This document shows, one piece after another, positions 7,765-16,734 of a stretch of 39,505 bases of DNA. The DNA comes from a virus: UHGV virus genome UHGV-1361754. One strand, written 5' to 3'. The position numbers were made by a program, and so were the translations under genes. A model generated the notes under the pieces. It made no database searches. It saw only the letters and a list, made by a program, of their open reading frames with translations, and was not told the DNA's origin. Within the stretch, counting starts at the first letter, position 1; the number at the start of each line of letters is the position of its first letter.

Positions 7765-10700
7765 CTACATCCTCCTAACCAAGATCTTCTGAATATCTAA
7801 AGCTAAATCTCTATCAGTTCGGCTATTTCCTTTGAAAAATGCCAGCAATAACGATAACAGCTGATTCGTTGTTGCCGCCTGTTTTTCAATGGCTTCTAGG
7901 ATTTCGTAATCACTGGAAACAGTTGTCGCATTTCCATAAGTTTTAGGAGAAACTCCTAGTTTGTCCATTGCGATAGACAATAATTGCATTGCTCTTGATC
8001 GTTTAGCCTTATCTAACGGAATAATAATTTCTGGCTTGTTTCCTTCTGCGATTTCCGCAATTTGATGTTGGTTTACAATTCCACCGTTTGCGTAACCATG
8101 ACCACGATAAGCATTTCTTAGTGAGCCATATCTTGACAACGCATATCTAATTGAAGCTAAGATGTTAGATAGTGGGTCATAGATATTACTATTGAATCCT
8201 GGCATTGCATACTGTCTGAATGTTGGGTCAATCATTTGAAGTAATCCTTTAGAAGGTGTGCCGTTTTTAGCGTTAATATCCCAGTTGTTAATTGCTCTAG
8301 GATTACCATTTGACTCTGTACGCATTTGGTTCAGCAATGCGTTTAAGTTTGCAGTACTGTATTGACCAGTCATTTTCAACGCTCTAATTGCTACATTTCG
8401 CCAGCGTTCTACGCCACTCCCACCAACGCTATCGCCACCGCTAACAAGTCCGCCCTGCGGATCTCTAACACCGTTCAAATGCACGTGGTCGTAGTGGTCG
8501 CCATCAGGCCATGTCCGCCAATCATCATGCACACCTGTACCTGATTGCCCTGAACGGTCACGAACTTTCCCATTAGTGATTACGTAGCCGATTTTGTTTG
8601 CAAACTTCTCAAATGCGTAATTGGCTGCTTCTGTGTATCTAGGGGAACCATTCACGACTCCCGGTAGCGCAATATCAATTGCATTGTGCTTTCCGTGTGA
8701 GTATGGATCGCCTTCACGATAACCTGAGGTTACTTGAAAGCCCGGGAATTTCTTCATTACTGCAACTGCAACGTCCGCCAAGTATTTGTAAACGCCTTGT
8801 ATGCCCATTGAAGTGTCTAAACTGCCACTGCTGAATAGTTCTGTGATTTTGTTCGTCAATGCTTCGGTAGCCTTGCTTAGAATACCTTTACCAACATCTA
8901 AAGGATATTTGACAAGCCCTTCCAGTACGCCAAGACCATTTAACACTTTCCTAGCCAACGCTCCCGGGTCTGTTACAAAATCCCATACATCGCCGGCTAC
9001 ATCTTTCAGCTTGTTTCCAACATCTCCAGCAAATCCTTTGACGTTGTTCCATAGATTTCCGAAAAAGCCTGTACCTTTGGCGTATCTATATCTTGGTGCT
9101 TTGTTTCCAGTCATATAAGCTGTTTCTTCAGCTGTTAGAACGTGTGTGCCTTTTGGTGCATTCAACACTACGTTTCGCCCTCGTGGGATAAATGCTTGTC
9201 CGGTAGGTGTGATTACCGCTTCAGCACCTCTACCGTCATTTACCATCATAGGCCCGCCCGGATGACCTCCGTTTGGTGTACCGTTAGCGTATTGTGGTAC
9301 ATCCCATTCTTGTAGAGGTTCAGCTCCCAATTTCTCAAGCACCCATGACGCTCCATGGATGATTGCGTTAACTGGTTCACCTATCGCTTTAAGTGCTGCG
9401 TTGAAAATACTTTTGAACGCATCAACAATAGCATTTTTACCGCCAATAATGGCATCCTTCATCTTCGTCGGTAGTTCTGAAAACCAATTGAATACTGTAT
9501 CAATACCGCTACGGAAGCTGTCTTTGATACCGTTCCACAGGTTACCGATTGCATCAGAAACATTGTTCTTCAATTCAATTGCTTTGTTGAAAATGTTTTT
9601 TACCCAGCCAACTACCTTATTCCAAGTGTCTCCAACGCCATTGTTGAAGAAGCTTTTCACGCTGTTCCACAGGTTTTGGATGAAATTGCCAAACGTGGTT
9701 TTCAGGTTGCCAGCTTTGCCCAACAGATTCATTACCCAATTGACTAGCTTATCCCAAGTGTTGGAAATACCTTCAATAAAGAAAGTTTTAGTGCTTTCCC
9801 ATAGCCCTTTTATTGAGCCTGAAAAACCAGTCCACAAACCTTTTACTCCTTCTAAAATCCGTTTGAAGAATAGTATTTGAATCCAGTTCCATACTGCTTG
9901 GATAGAACCCCAAAACAATTGTTTTACTCCTTCCCACATCTTAGAAAAATCGCCTGTAAATAAACCAGTGAAGATTTTGATAGCACCTTGAATGACGTTC
10001 ATAATCCCTTCGACTAAACCTATTATATTGTCAATGAACCCCATGACTAAATCCATAACGATTTTTACAACGGGCTGTATAAACGTAAAAAAGTTCTTGA
10101 TTGCTTCAATAATCTGTTTACCATTTTCATTCCAAAATGTGGTCATCGATTTTCCAATTTTAGAAAAAGCTCCGCCTATCTTTTCTATAATGGGCATTAT
10201 ATATGGCGACAAAGTATCGAAAATTCCTTTTGCAATTTGCCATCCAATTTCTATTCCGTTTTTTATGGTTGTCATAGTACCATCAAAATATGTTTTGAGA
10301 TTGTCGAAAACATCCTTTATCTTAGAGATTGTTTCTGGGGAAAAACCTAGTTTAGCCAGAACGTCTCCCATATCCGCTTTACCTTTGAATACGTCAAACA
10401 ATGTCTTAACCGCGTTCTTTATTTTTTCTATGGTATCTTGTGCGAAAGTAACCATTTCTGGTGGGAAAATTTTAGTTAGAATATCAAAGCCTTGCTTTGC
10501 TTGATCTCCATCTAACGTTCCAAACAGCGTTCCAAAAGCAGATGCTGCTACTTCAGCTCCTTTTTTCAACATGTCAAATACAGGTTGAGCAACGTTTTTT
10601 ATGCTTTCCATTGCTGGCTTGATTTTGGTTGTTAAGTTGTCAATCCCTTTGCCTATGTCGCCAATTAAAGAAGTGATATTGCCTTTGCCGAAAGCATTAA

Positions 10701-12132
10701 TTATTTCATTAATCATATTTACGGCGCTGGCTTGCAGATTTCCAACCGCCCCCTCAATCGTAGCTGTGGAACCTGCTGCCTTTTTAGCTACATCAGTCAT
10801 ACCTAATTGCATGAATGCTTCATTCAATTCTTCGGCAGAGATTTCTCCGTTTGCCATAGCCTCGCGGAAGTCTCCGTCAGTATAAGCGCCCATTTCTTTC
10901 AATGCTTGTTGAATTTTCCCTGAAGCGCCCGGAATGGCATCCGCAATCTGATTAAAGTTTTCAGTTGTTAATTTGCCAGCACCGACAGTTTGTGTCATTG
11001 CCATTGCTACCGATTTGAACGTATCTGCGTTACCACCTGAAACGGCATTGACATTACCGATTGCCTGCGTTAGACCATCAAAGTCTTTCACACCGTTGGC
11101 TGCCAACTGTGCAGTCGTATTCATTACGTCGCCTAGTTCATAAACCGTTTGGTCGGCGTAATCTTTCATCACTGTTTTAGATTCTTCAATTTTTGAATTA
11201 TCTATACCAGCAAATTGCATTGTTTGAACAAACTTGTCCATTGAATCGGAAGCCTCTACTGCTTCATCTGTCAACCCCATGAAACTGTTAACAACACCAC
11301 TAACTGCTTGTGAAGCTAATCCAGCAACTGCACCAAACGAAAATGCGCTTTTTAGCGAGCCTAATTTGTCTTTTAGCCCGTCCAGTTTCCTAGCTGACCT
11401 TGTGGACTTGTCGCCAAAATCTTCTATTTCTTTTCCTGATTGATCACTGGACCTTTCGAGTGTTTCTAATTGTCTACTGGATATTTGGCTTTGTCGTTCT
11501 AACTTTTCTAGTGCCCTTTTTGCATCTTCGGTTTCATCTGCTGAATCGCCAAACTCATCAGCCATCAGTTTCACAACTTTGCGCTGTTCTTCGATAGCTT
11601 TCTCGGATAATTCCGTTTGTTTGGCTAGCCCTTTTTGTTTTGCTTCAAACGCACCAGATTCATCACCAGCGGCTTTCAACGCTTTGACTTCGGCGTTCAT
11701 TTGCCGTTCATTTTCTTTGATTTCATCAGATAAATCATTGACGGCTGTTTTGGAATACACCAATTCTTTTTTTGTGTCATTCAACTGGCGACTGTAAGCA
11801 TTATATTTTGCGGTAGCATTGTTTATCTGTGTGTTAAGGTTAGCAACTTGTTTCGATTCCTCGCCATACTTGCTAATCGCTTCATCACGGCGCTTTGTTA
11901 ATTCTCTTACTTTGGCGTTTTGCCCTTCCATAACCGTAGACAAGTCTTTCGTCTTTTGACTAAGTGCTTCGTATGAACGTCCTGCTGAATCATAAGCCTT
12001 TAGATTGGCACGCATATTCGACTCAGCTTGTTTGACTTTCGCATTGATTTCGTCCAGCGTGTTACCAAAATTAGTGCTATCTAAACTAATCCCTAACTTG
12101 ATATTTCCTGCCGGTTGTCCTTTTCCTGCCAT
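7765..12132 (-). CDS. Tail tape measure protein with C-terminal peptidoglycan hydrolase domains (M23 peptidase + SLT lytic transglycosylase)
   Basis: 1455 aa. Coiled-coil N-terminus and repeated W/F-containing helical motifs (TWDKLVNWV, TWNKVVGWV, TVFNWFSEL). C-terminal HxxxD (KHNAIDIA) and HxH (HVHL) M23 motifs, then SLT motifs (RTESNGNP ... GLLQMIDPTF). Confidence 0.9.
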   Translation of the reverse strand: MAGKGQPAGNIKLGISLDSTNFGNTLDEINAKVKQAESNMRANLKAYDSAGRSYEALSQKTKDLSTVMEGQNAKVRELTKRRDEAISKYGEESKQVANLNTQINNATAKYNAYSRQLNDTKKELVYSKTAVNDLSDEIKENERQMNAEVKALKAAGDESGAFEAKQKGLAKQTELSEKAIEEQRKVVKLMADEFGDSADETEDAKRALEKLERQSQISSRQLETLERSSDQSGKEIEDFGDKSTRSARKLDGLKDKLGSLKSAFSFGAVAGLASQAVSGVVNSFMGLTDEAVEASDSMDKFVQTMQFAGIDNSKIEESKTVMKDYADQTVYELGDVMNTTAQLAANGVKDFDGLTQAIGNVNAVSGGNADTFKSVAMAMTQTVGAGKLTTENFNQIADAIPGASGKIQQALKEMGAYTDGDFREAMANGEISAEELNEAFMQLGMTDVAKKAAGSTATIEGAVGNLQASAVNMINEIINAFGKGNITSLIGDIGKGIDNLTTKIKPAMESIKNVAQPVFDMLKKGAEVAASAFGTLFGTLDGDQAKQGFDILTKIFPPEMVTFAQDTIEKIKNAVKTLFDVFKGKADMGDVLAKLGFSPETISKIKDVFDNLKTYFDGTMTTIKNGIEIGWQIAKGIFDTLSPYIMPIIEKIGGAFSKIGKSMTTFWNENGKQIIEAIKNFFTFIQPVVKIVMDLVMGFIDNIIGLVEGIMNVIQGAIKIFTGLFTGDFSKMWEGVKQLFWGSIQAVWNWIQILFFKRILEGVKGLWTGFSGSIKGLWESTKTFFIEGISNTWDKLVNWVMNLLGKAGNLKTTFGNFIQNLWNSVKSFFNNGVGDTWNKVVGWVKNIFNKAIELKNNVSDAIGNLWNGIKDSFRSGIDTVFNWFSELPTKMKDAIIGGKNAIVDAFKSIFNAALKAIGEPVNAIIHGASWVLEKLGAEPLQEWDVPQYANGTPNGGHPGGPMMVNDGRGAEAVITPTGQAFIPRGRNVVLNAPKGTHVLTAEETAYMTGNKAPRYRYAKGTGFFGNLWNNVKGFAGDVGNKLKDVAGDVWDFVTDPGALARKVLNGLGVLEGLVKYPLDVGKGILSKATEALTNKITELFSSGSLDTSMGIQGVYKYLADVAVAVMKKFPGFQVTSGYREGDPYSHGKHNAIDIALPGVVNGSPRYTEAANYAFEKFANKIGYVITNGKVRDRSGQSGTGVHDDWRTWPDGDHYDHVHLNGVRDPQGGLVSGGDSVGGSGVERWRNVAIRALKMTGQYSTANLNALLNQMRTESNGNPRAINNWDINAKNGTPSKGLLQMIDPTFRQYAMPGFNSNIYDPLSNILASIRYALSRYGSLRNAYRGHGYANGGIVNQHQIAEIAEGNKPEIIIPLDKAKRSRAMQLLSIAMDKLGVSPKTYGNATTVSSDYEILEAIEKQAATTNQLLSLLLAFFKGNSRTDRDLALDIQKILVRRM

Positions 12133-12377
12133 TATTTACCTCCTTCCTCAAGTTTTACCAAGTCTTCAGCCGATAAAAATTGTTTGATAAAATCAGCACC
12201 ATCTACATATTCTTCGCCACTCTCCACTTCTCCAAAAAGGTGTAACAAATAATGATAGTCGGCTTCGTCCACATCTCTCATCGTCCAACCTGCTTCGATT
12301 AAATCTTTGTAGATTTGATCCATTGCTTTCCTAGCTTCAGAAAAACTTATTTCTTTTTGCTCGCCGTCTGCTTTTTT
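12132..12377 (-). CDS. gpT-like extension of the tail assembly chaperone, reached by -1 programmed frameshift at A_AAA_AAG (12371-12377), giving a G-T fusion
   Basis: The -1 frame is open from the slippery heptamer (…K K A D G E Q K E I S F S E A R K A M D Q I Y K…) through to the 63-aa ORF 12132..12323. Canonical G/GT arrangement upstream of the tape measure. Confidence 0.6.
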   Translation of the reverse strand, partial: KKADGEQKEISFSEARKAMDQIYKDLIEAGWTMRDVDEADYHYLLHLFGEVESGEEYVDGADFIKQFLSAEDLVKLEEGGK

Positions 12378-12658
12378 TCATTGTTTCCCAGTTCATTGAT
12401 TTGTTCAAAAACACTTTCTAATGCCGGTACTAACTCGCTCGCAGTCAAACCGTCTAAAATAGCATCAAATGTAACTGCTGGATCTTGGAAAATATCTGCT
12501 GTAATTGCAATCATTGAATCAATTGCTTCTAAATCAGTTAGGTCTGCTTTTTCCGCTTTCTCGTAAAATTTGATACACTCACGCATTGCACGTGCGGAAA
12601 TATCTTGTTGTTTGAATGTTTTTTTCTTTCCGTCAAGTTTCAATTGCAATTCAATCAT
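12347..12658 (-). CDS. Tail assembly chaperone (gpG-like)
   Basis: 103-aa acidic ORF between the major tail and tape measure genes. Ends ...NNEKKQTASKKK*, carrying the slippery GAA AAA AAG. Confidence 0.7.
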   Translation of the reverse strand: MIELQLKLDGKKKTFKQQDISARAMRECIKFYEKAEKADLTDLEAIDSMIAITADIFQDPAVTFDAILDGLTASELVPALESVFEQINELGNNEKKQTASKKK

Positions 12659-12682
12659 TTGTTTTCCTCCTTGTTTTTTACA

Positions 12683-12712
12683 AAAAAATAAGGCTAGCCA
12701 AAAATGGCTAAC
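12683..12712 (-). terminator. Putative partial intrinsic terminator after the major tail protein gene
   Basis: Minus-strand hairpin UUAGCCA-uuuu-UGGCUAG followed by UUAUUUUUUUG, between the major tail stop (12770) and the chaperone start (12658). Confidence 0.4.
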
Positions 12713-12769
12713 CCTCTGTTTGTGTTGCTGCCCCTGTATCTTCTTTAATTGGTGTAGATGCAGGGTTAA

Positions 12770-13330
12770 CTACTCCCCCGCTTTGTTATTTACCAAGTCC
12801 TTGAATTTAGCCAGAGTCATCGTTTCTGATTCTACGGCTGTTAAGTATACATAGCCACGTTCATCAGAAATGAATTCCCCTTCGATAGAATCGGTTTGCA
12901 ATTCTACCCCTTTGTCTTCAGCTGTTTTCATGTCGATATCTGGATGACTGAATTTTCCTTTTGTCAATCCCATGAATAAGCGTTTTCCTTCTTTGTTCGC
13001 TGTAACCATGACTACCGACACGTAAGGCGCTTCAGTTTCTGAACCAATTACATTTACACCATCCACGGTTTTAGCACCAATGATTTCGCTGTAAATGCCG
13101 TTATCCATTAAGTCTGCCACGTCAAGCGTAACTTTTGGCGACGAAACCCCTTTACTTGCAATGAAGAACGGTACGTTTGAAGCGTATGTTGTGTTAGAAG
13201 TTGCGCCTAATCCAGTAATTTTAGCTTCGATCGCTCCGCCTTTCGACTTATCTGCTACTAATTCTTTTAGAGTGCCGTCTGCACCTGTTTTTACGACAAA
13301 AGTGATGCTCTCAAATCCTACTGTTGCCAT
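12770..13330 (-). CDS. Major tail protein (phi13-like family)
   Basis: 186 aa starting MATVGFESITFVV. Abundant-protein position just upstream of the G/GT chaperones. Confidence 0.75.
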   Translation of the reverse strand: MATVGFESITFVVKTGADGTLKELVADKSKGGAIEAKITGLGATSNTTYASNVPFFIASKGVSSPKVTLDVADLMDNGIYSEIIGAKTVDGVNVIGSETEAPYVSVVMVTANKEGKRLFMGLTKGKFSHPDIDMKTAEDKGVELQTDSIEGEFISDERGYVYLTAVESETMTLAKFKDLVNNKAGE

Positions 13331-13345
13331 CTATTTTCTCTCCTT

Positions 13346-13717
13346 TTAATTTAGTGAAATATTTGCTACATATCGTTTGATAATCCGCTTTGCACCTTCC
13401 AAGTCCTCGTCATCTGTTTGTTCCGTGTATGCGCATTGCCAACCATTCCCTCTCATAACCTCATCAAGGGCAAAATAAAAGGCATCAACCTCTTTCATGG
13501 TTGACACCCATACATCTACCTGTACGTTAAATTGAATGGTCAAAGGATTGTTGCTTGCAAAATCTTCATAGTTGCCGGATATCTCTGTAATTCTGCCAAC
13601 TGGAAGGCTAGGTACTGTTTGAGCTGATTCCGGAACACTATTGGTGTAAAAATCAATGTTCTTTGTTTTTTCATTGCTATTCAGAATTGAATAGACTTGT
13701 GATACTGCCGTTTTCAA
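13346..13717 (-). CDS. Tail completion / tail terminator-like protein (putative)
   Basis: 123 aa. Synteny between the head-tail joining genes and the major tail gene. Confidence 0.45.
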   Translation of the reverse strand: MKTAVSQVYSILNSNEKTKNIDFYTNSVPESAQTVPSLPVGRITEISGNYEDFASNNPLTIQFNVQVDVWVSTMKEVDAFYFALDEVMRGNGWQCAYTEQTDDEDLEGAKRIIKRYVANISLN

Positions 13718-14109
13718 AGTCCTAGCCTCCTTTTTACTTCGTCAGCAATGATTTGTGTTACTTGTTTTTCGATTTGCTTTTGTGTTTTTTGTACGAAACC
13801 TTTTGGACGTTGTTTGATTGTTCCAAACTCGATAAAGTGCATCCGCCAAGAAACATCTTTGTCATAGCCGACTTCTATCAATCCGTTTTTTACCGAGCTT
13901 GTAACCACATGGTTCTTAGCATGTTCTTGCATATACGAACCACGTTTACCATTTGACTTCGTTCCATCCCAGTAAGGTGTGTTTTGTCGTAACTTTTCTT
14001 GAGCGTACTCCCCAGCTTTTCTAAGTGCTGGGCTTTCCACTCGTTGAACGTTTGCTTTTACTTCCCTAAGCGCTTTGTACACTTCGGTTGCATCGACTTC
14101 TACACTCAT
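13714..14109 (-). CDS. HK97 gp10-like tail component (putative)
   Basis: 131 aa with 4-nt overlaps to both neighbours. Synteny. Confidence 0.45.
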   Translation of the reverse strand: MSVEVDATEVYKALREVKANVQRVESPALRKAGEYAQEKLRQNTPYWDGTKSNGKRGSYMQEHAKNHVVTSSVKNGLIEVGYDKDVSWRMHFIEFGTIKQRPKGFVQKTQKQIEKQVTQIIADEVKRRLGL

Positions 14110-14441
14110 TTTGAAACCTCTTTTGCAATGACAGTGGTGAAATCTTTGGCAAACTCGCCCTTGGTGATCGTGATAATCTCAAAAGTTTTGCCTTTCCAAC
14201 GCACTTTCATATCATTGGTTAGCTCTGATTTTTGTTGGTAGCGGATAATGAACGTCAGTGTTCCTTCCAAAGCCGTACCAATCGACGTCTTAACGTCACT
14301 CAAGCGTTGTGTTTGAACGCAAGACCAACACGAAAAAACAGTCTCAGGTGTGGTGACCAGCTGGCCGTCCTCGTCCTTGACTGTCGTATCCTTTATAAAG
14401 TCAATACGTTGACTTAGGTCACTCGTCTGTATTAACGCCAT
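14106..14441 (-). CDS. Head closure / head-tail adaptor protein (putative)
   Basis: 111 aa. Synteny after the gp6-like connector gene. Confidence 0.45.
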   Translation of the reverse strand: MALIQTSDLSQRIDFIKDTTVKDEDGQLVTTPETVFSCWSCVQTQRLSDVKTSIGTALEGTLTFIIRYQQKSELTNDMKVRWKGKTFEIITITKGEFAKDFTTVIAKEVSK

Positions 14442-14703
14442 GATCTAGCCCCCTCAATTGATGAATTAAAGCAGTCACTCCAAACGGAATCTCCGCGAAT
14501 GCTTTTTCGCTTGTAGCAATCCGGTTCTCATACCAGTGAGACACCAGCAACGTGACCGCATAGTTAAACCGTTCATCATCTGTTTTTTCGACTTCGATCG
14601 ATCCAAGAATAAATTTTTCAGCCGTGGACACCAACATTTTTAAAAGCTCGTCGTCCAGATCATGATCAATGCGAAGGTATGTTTTTAGTTCTGCCAGTTC
14701 CAT
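14419..14703 (-). CDS. Head-tail connector (gp6-like DNA packaging protein)
   Basis: 94 aa, MELAELKTYLRIDHDLDDELLK..., typical gp6-like start. Immediately after the capsid gene region. Confidence 0.55.
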   Translation of the reverse strand: MELAELKTYLRIDHDLDDELLKMLVSTAEKFILGSIEVEKTDDERFNYAVTLLVSHWYENRIATSEKAFAEIPFGVTALIHQLRGLDHGVNTDE

Positions 14704-14714
14704 TCAATCACCGC

Positions 14715-14981
14715 CTATTCAGCAGTTACGGTAACTTCACACACCGCAGTTTTTCCGTTTGCAGTTGTTGCAGTGATTGTTGCTGTACCAGCTGCAATAC
14801 CTGTGATTTTGCCTTGAACCGGCGTTACTGTGGCAATTGCCTCATCGCTAGAACTGTATTTAACCGATTTGTCCGTTGCGTCAGCTGGCAAGACAGTCGC
14901 TGACAGTGTTTCTGATGCCCCCACCGCAAGCGTAGTCGTTGTTTTGTTTAACGTTACGCCGGATGGGTCTACGCTTTTGGG
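14715..14981 (-). CDS. Big_2 (bacterial Ig-like) domain, reached by a putative -1 programmed frameshift at C_CCA_AAA (14975-14981) and fused to the C-terminus of the major capsid protein
   Basis: The 69-aa ORF has only a GTG start and no RBS. It is in the -1 frame relative to the MCP, and that frame is open back to 15008, overlapping the last 12 MCP codons. The slippery heptamer lies 2 codons before the MCP stop. Big_2 signature: KITGIAAGTATITATTANGKTAVCEVTV. Confidence 0.5.
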   Translation of the reverse strand, partial: PKSVDPSGVTLNKTTTTLAVGASETLSATVLPADATDKSVKYSSSDEAIATVTPVQGKITGIAAGTATITATTANGKTAVCEVTVTAE

Positions 14982-16159
14982 CCAAGCGTCACGTAGAACC
15001 CAGCTGCGTTATCTGCCACTTGAACGTCAAAACGAATGAAACCTGCCAATAATTGACCATATACATCGTTATCTACCCAACGTACTGAAGCTTGTTGGCG
15101 GTCGAAGTATTTAGCAAAAAGTGAAGGGTCGCCCACGAATGCTACTTTGTCACCTGCTTTTGTTCCAATTACATCATCCGCCATTACAACAACTTCACGC
15201 CCTAATAGTTTGTAACCCGAAGCAACTGTAACGTCTTGCTGTAACAAGTAACGTCCGTCATTATCTTTCATTTTGTCTAACTCGTTGAAGAAGCTTTGAG
15301 AAGCAATGAATTTCACGTTGTAAGCAGGATCAATAGCAACATTCACGATGTCTTTTAGATCATCAATCGTTGTAACAGCTTTCGCAGGTGCTGTTTGTAA
15401 TTTTTTAGCGATTTCAACGTTTGATGTATTCAAAGATTGACGTTGGATATTTTCAGCGACCAATCCGCCTAAATCGATATCTGAATCGTCTAATGATTCT
15501 TGAGAAACTGGAATGTATCCACGGTAAGTGTCAATTTCGTAGTTTACTTTTGTAAATTCAGGGTTAGCTAACGCTGGGTTTTTAGCCAATTCAGCCACAG
15601 AGATCATTTTATTTTTGTTAGCTCTCAAAATTGGATATGATCCTGTACCTGTTGTTACTGGCACACGTCCTACGTGTTGACGTAAATCGACAACTGTTTC
15701 GGGTTGTTTTTCTGGTTTAGTGATACGGTCAACTGGAATAACTGCTTCTGCTCCGACTGTTGTCAATCCGTCGCGTTTTTCTCCTTTTGTACGAATGAAT
15801 TGATTGATTGAGCGTGTGTATGTTTCTTTTTTGTCATCTAAGATTACTTCCATTGATCTTTTCTCCTCTTTGTCTTTTTTGTCGATCGGATTTGTGTTGC
15901 TTGTTGGTTCTGTACTTTCTTGTTTTTCTGGTTGTGCTTGTTGCTCTTTAGGTTTAGCTTCTTGAATTTCAGTTGCTTTTGTTTCTTCGTCCAACTCTTT
16001 CAATTCATCAGCTAAATCTTTTTTCAATTGATCGTCTGTTTCTTTCGATTCTTTTGCTTCTTTGATTTTTGCTAATAAGTCCTTAGCCGTCTCTAAATCG
16101 CCTGAATCCAGCGCCTGTTGCGCTTGTTCTTTCAATTTCTCAATATCCAATGTGTTCAC
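14969..16159 (-). CDS. Major capsid protein (HK97 fold)
   Basis: 396 aa with an acidic/Pro-rich N-terminal delta-like region then the capsid core. Follows the prohead protease gene. Confidence 0.85.
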   Translation of the reverse strand: MNTLDIEKLKEQAQQALDSGDLETAKDLLAKIKEAKESKETDDQLKKDLADELKELDEETKATEIQEAKPKEQQAQPEKQESTEPTSNTNPIDKKDKEEKRSMEVILDDKKETYTRSINQFIRTKGEKRDGLTTVGAEAVIPVDRITKPEKQPETVVDLRQHVGRVPVTTGTGSYPILRANKNKMISVAELAKNPALANPEFTKVNYEIDTYRGYIPVSQESLDDSDIDLGGLVAENIQRQSLNTSNVEIAKKLQTAPAKAVTTIDDLKDIVNVAIDPAYNVKFIASQSFFNELDKMKDNDGRYLLQQDVTVASGYKLLGREVVVMADDVIGTKAGDKVAFVGDPSLFAKYFDRQQASVRWVDNDVYGQLLAGFIRFDVQVADNAAGFYVTLGPKA

Positions 16160-16188
16160 TCCTTATTTTTTTGTATAAAAAAGAACCT

Positions 16189-16734
16189 CTAGTAATTTAG
16201 AAGTTCTAGCTCTATCTGTAGTTTTCGTTTTTCTTTTTCATTGATTACTCGTTTCAATGATCGTTGCGCTAAGACTGCATCCGTTCCTTCGTAAGCCGGA
16301 ATCGAAACAATCGATATTTCGAATAATTCGTCGATCTTATTTAGATTGCGGATATACATTCCATCTTGGTTTTCCCACGTTTGAGAATCATCTTTTACGG
16401 CAAAACCGAACGAACATTCGTTGATATCACCACGTTTTATGGATTCGTACAAATCGTTGGCGTAAGAAGTATTTGGCAGTTGACATCTGAAATAAAGTCC
16501 TACGTCATCCACTTCCAACTCTAGCGTTTGCGATGACGTTCTTCCTAAAACCATACTTGAATCATGATCGACAAAACAGCGAACATCTGATAAATCGGTC
16601 GTATCCAACGCTTGTGGTGAAATTATTTCTTTGAAGCCCCCCAAATCTTTGCTTAATGAATTAAATTTCATTGCGTAGCCCTCAATCGTTCGATTGTCCG
16701 TTGACTGGATTTCCGCTAAACTCCGAATTTCCAT
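16189..16734 (-). CDS. Prohead protease (HK97 family, S78/U35)
   Basis: Motifs GYAMKFN, GGFKEIISPQAL, CFVDHDSSMVLGRT. The likely start is the internal ATG 16734 (or GTG 16740) preceded by AAGGAGGTG. The long 16827 start would overlap the portal gene. Confidence 0.8.
   Translation of the reverse strand: MEIRSLAEIQSTDNRTIEGYAMKFNSLSKDLGGFKEIISPQALDTTDLSDVRCFVDHDSSMVLGRTSSQTLELEVDDVGLYFRCQLPNTSYANDLYESIKRGDINECSFGFAVKDDSQTWENQDGMYIRNLNKIDELFEISIVSIPAYEGTDAVLAQRSLKRVINEKEKRKLQIELELLNY

Noticed and set aside
8362-12187. Numerous 60-170-aa plus-strand ORFs (e.g. 8801..9118, 9359..9880, 9992..10504, 10601..10885, 11234..11797) inside the tape measure gene
   Set aside because: They are antisense to a 1455-aa gene that has clear protein features. 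They are Pro/Ser/Leu-rich with low complexity, as expected for reverse-strand reading of a Lys/Glu-rich gene, and have no RBSs.
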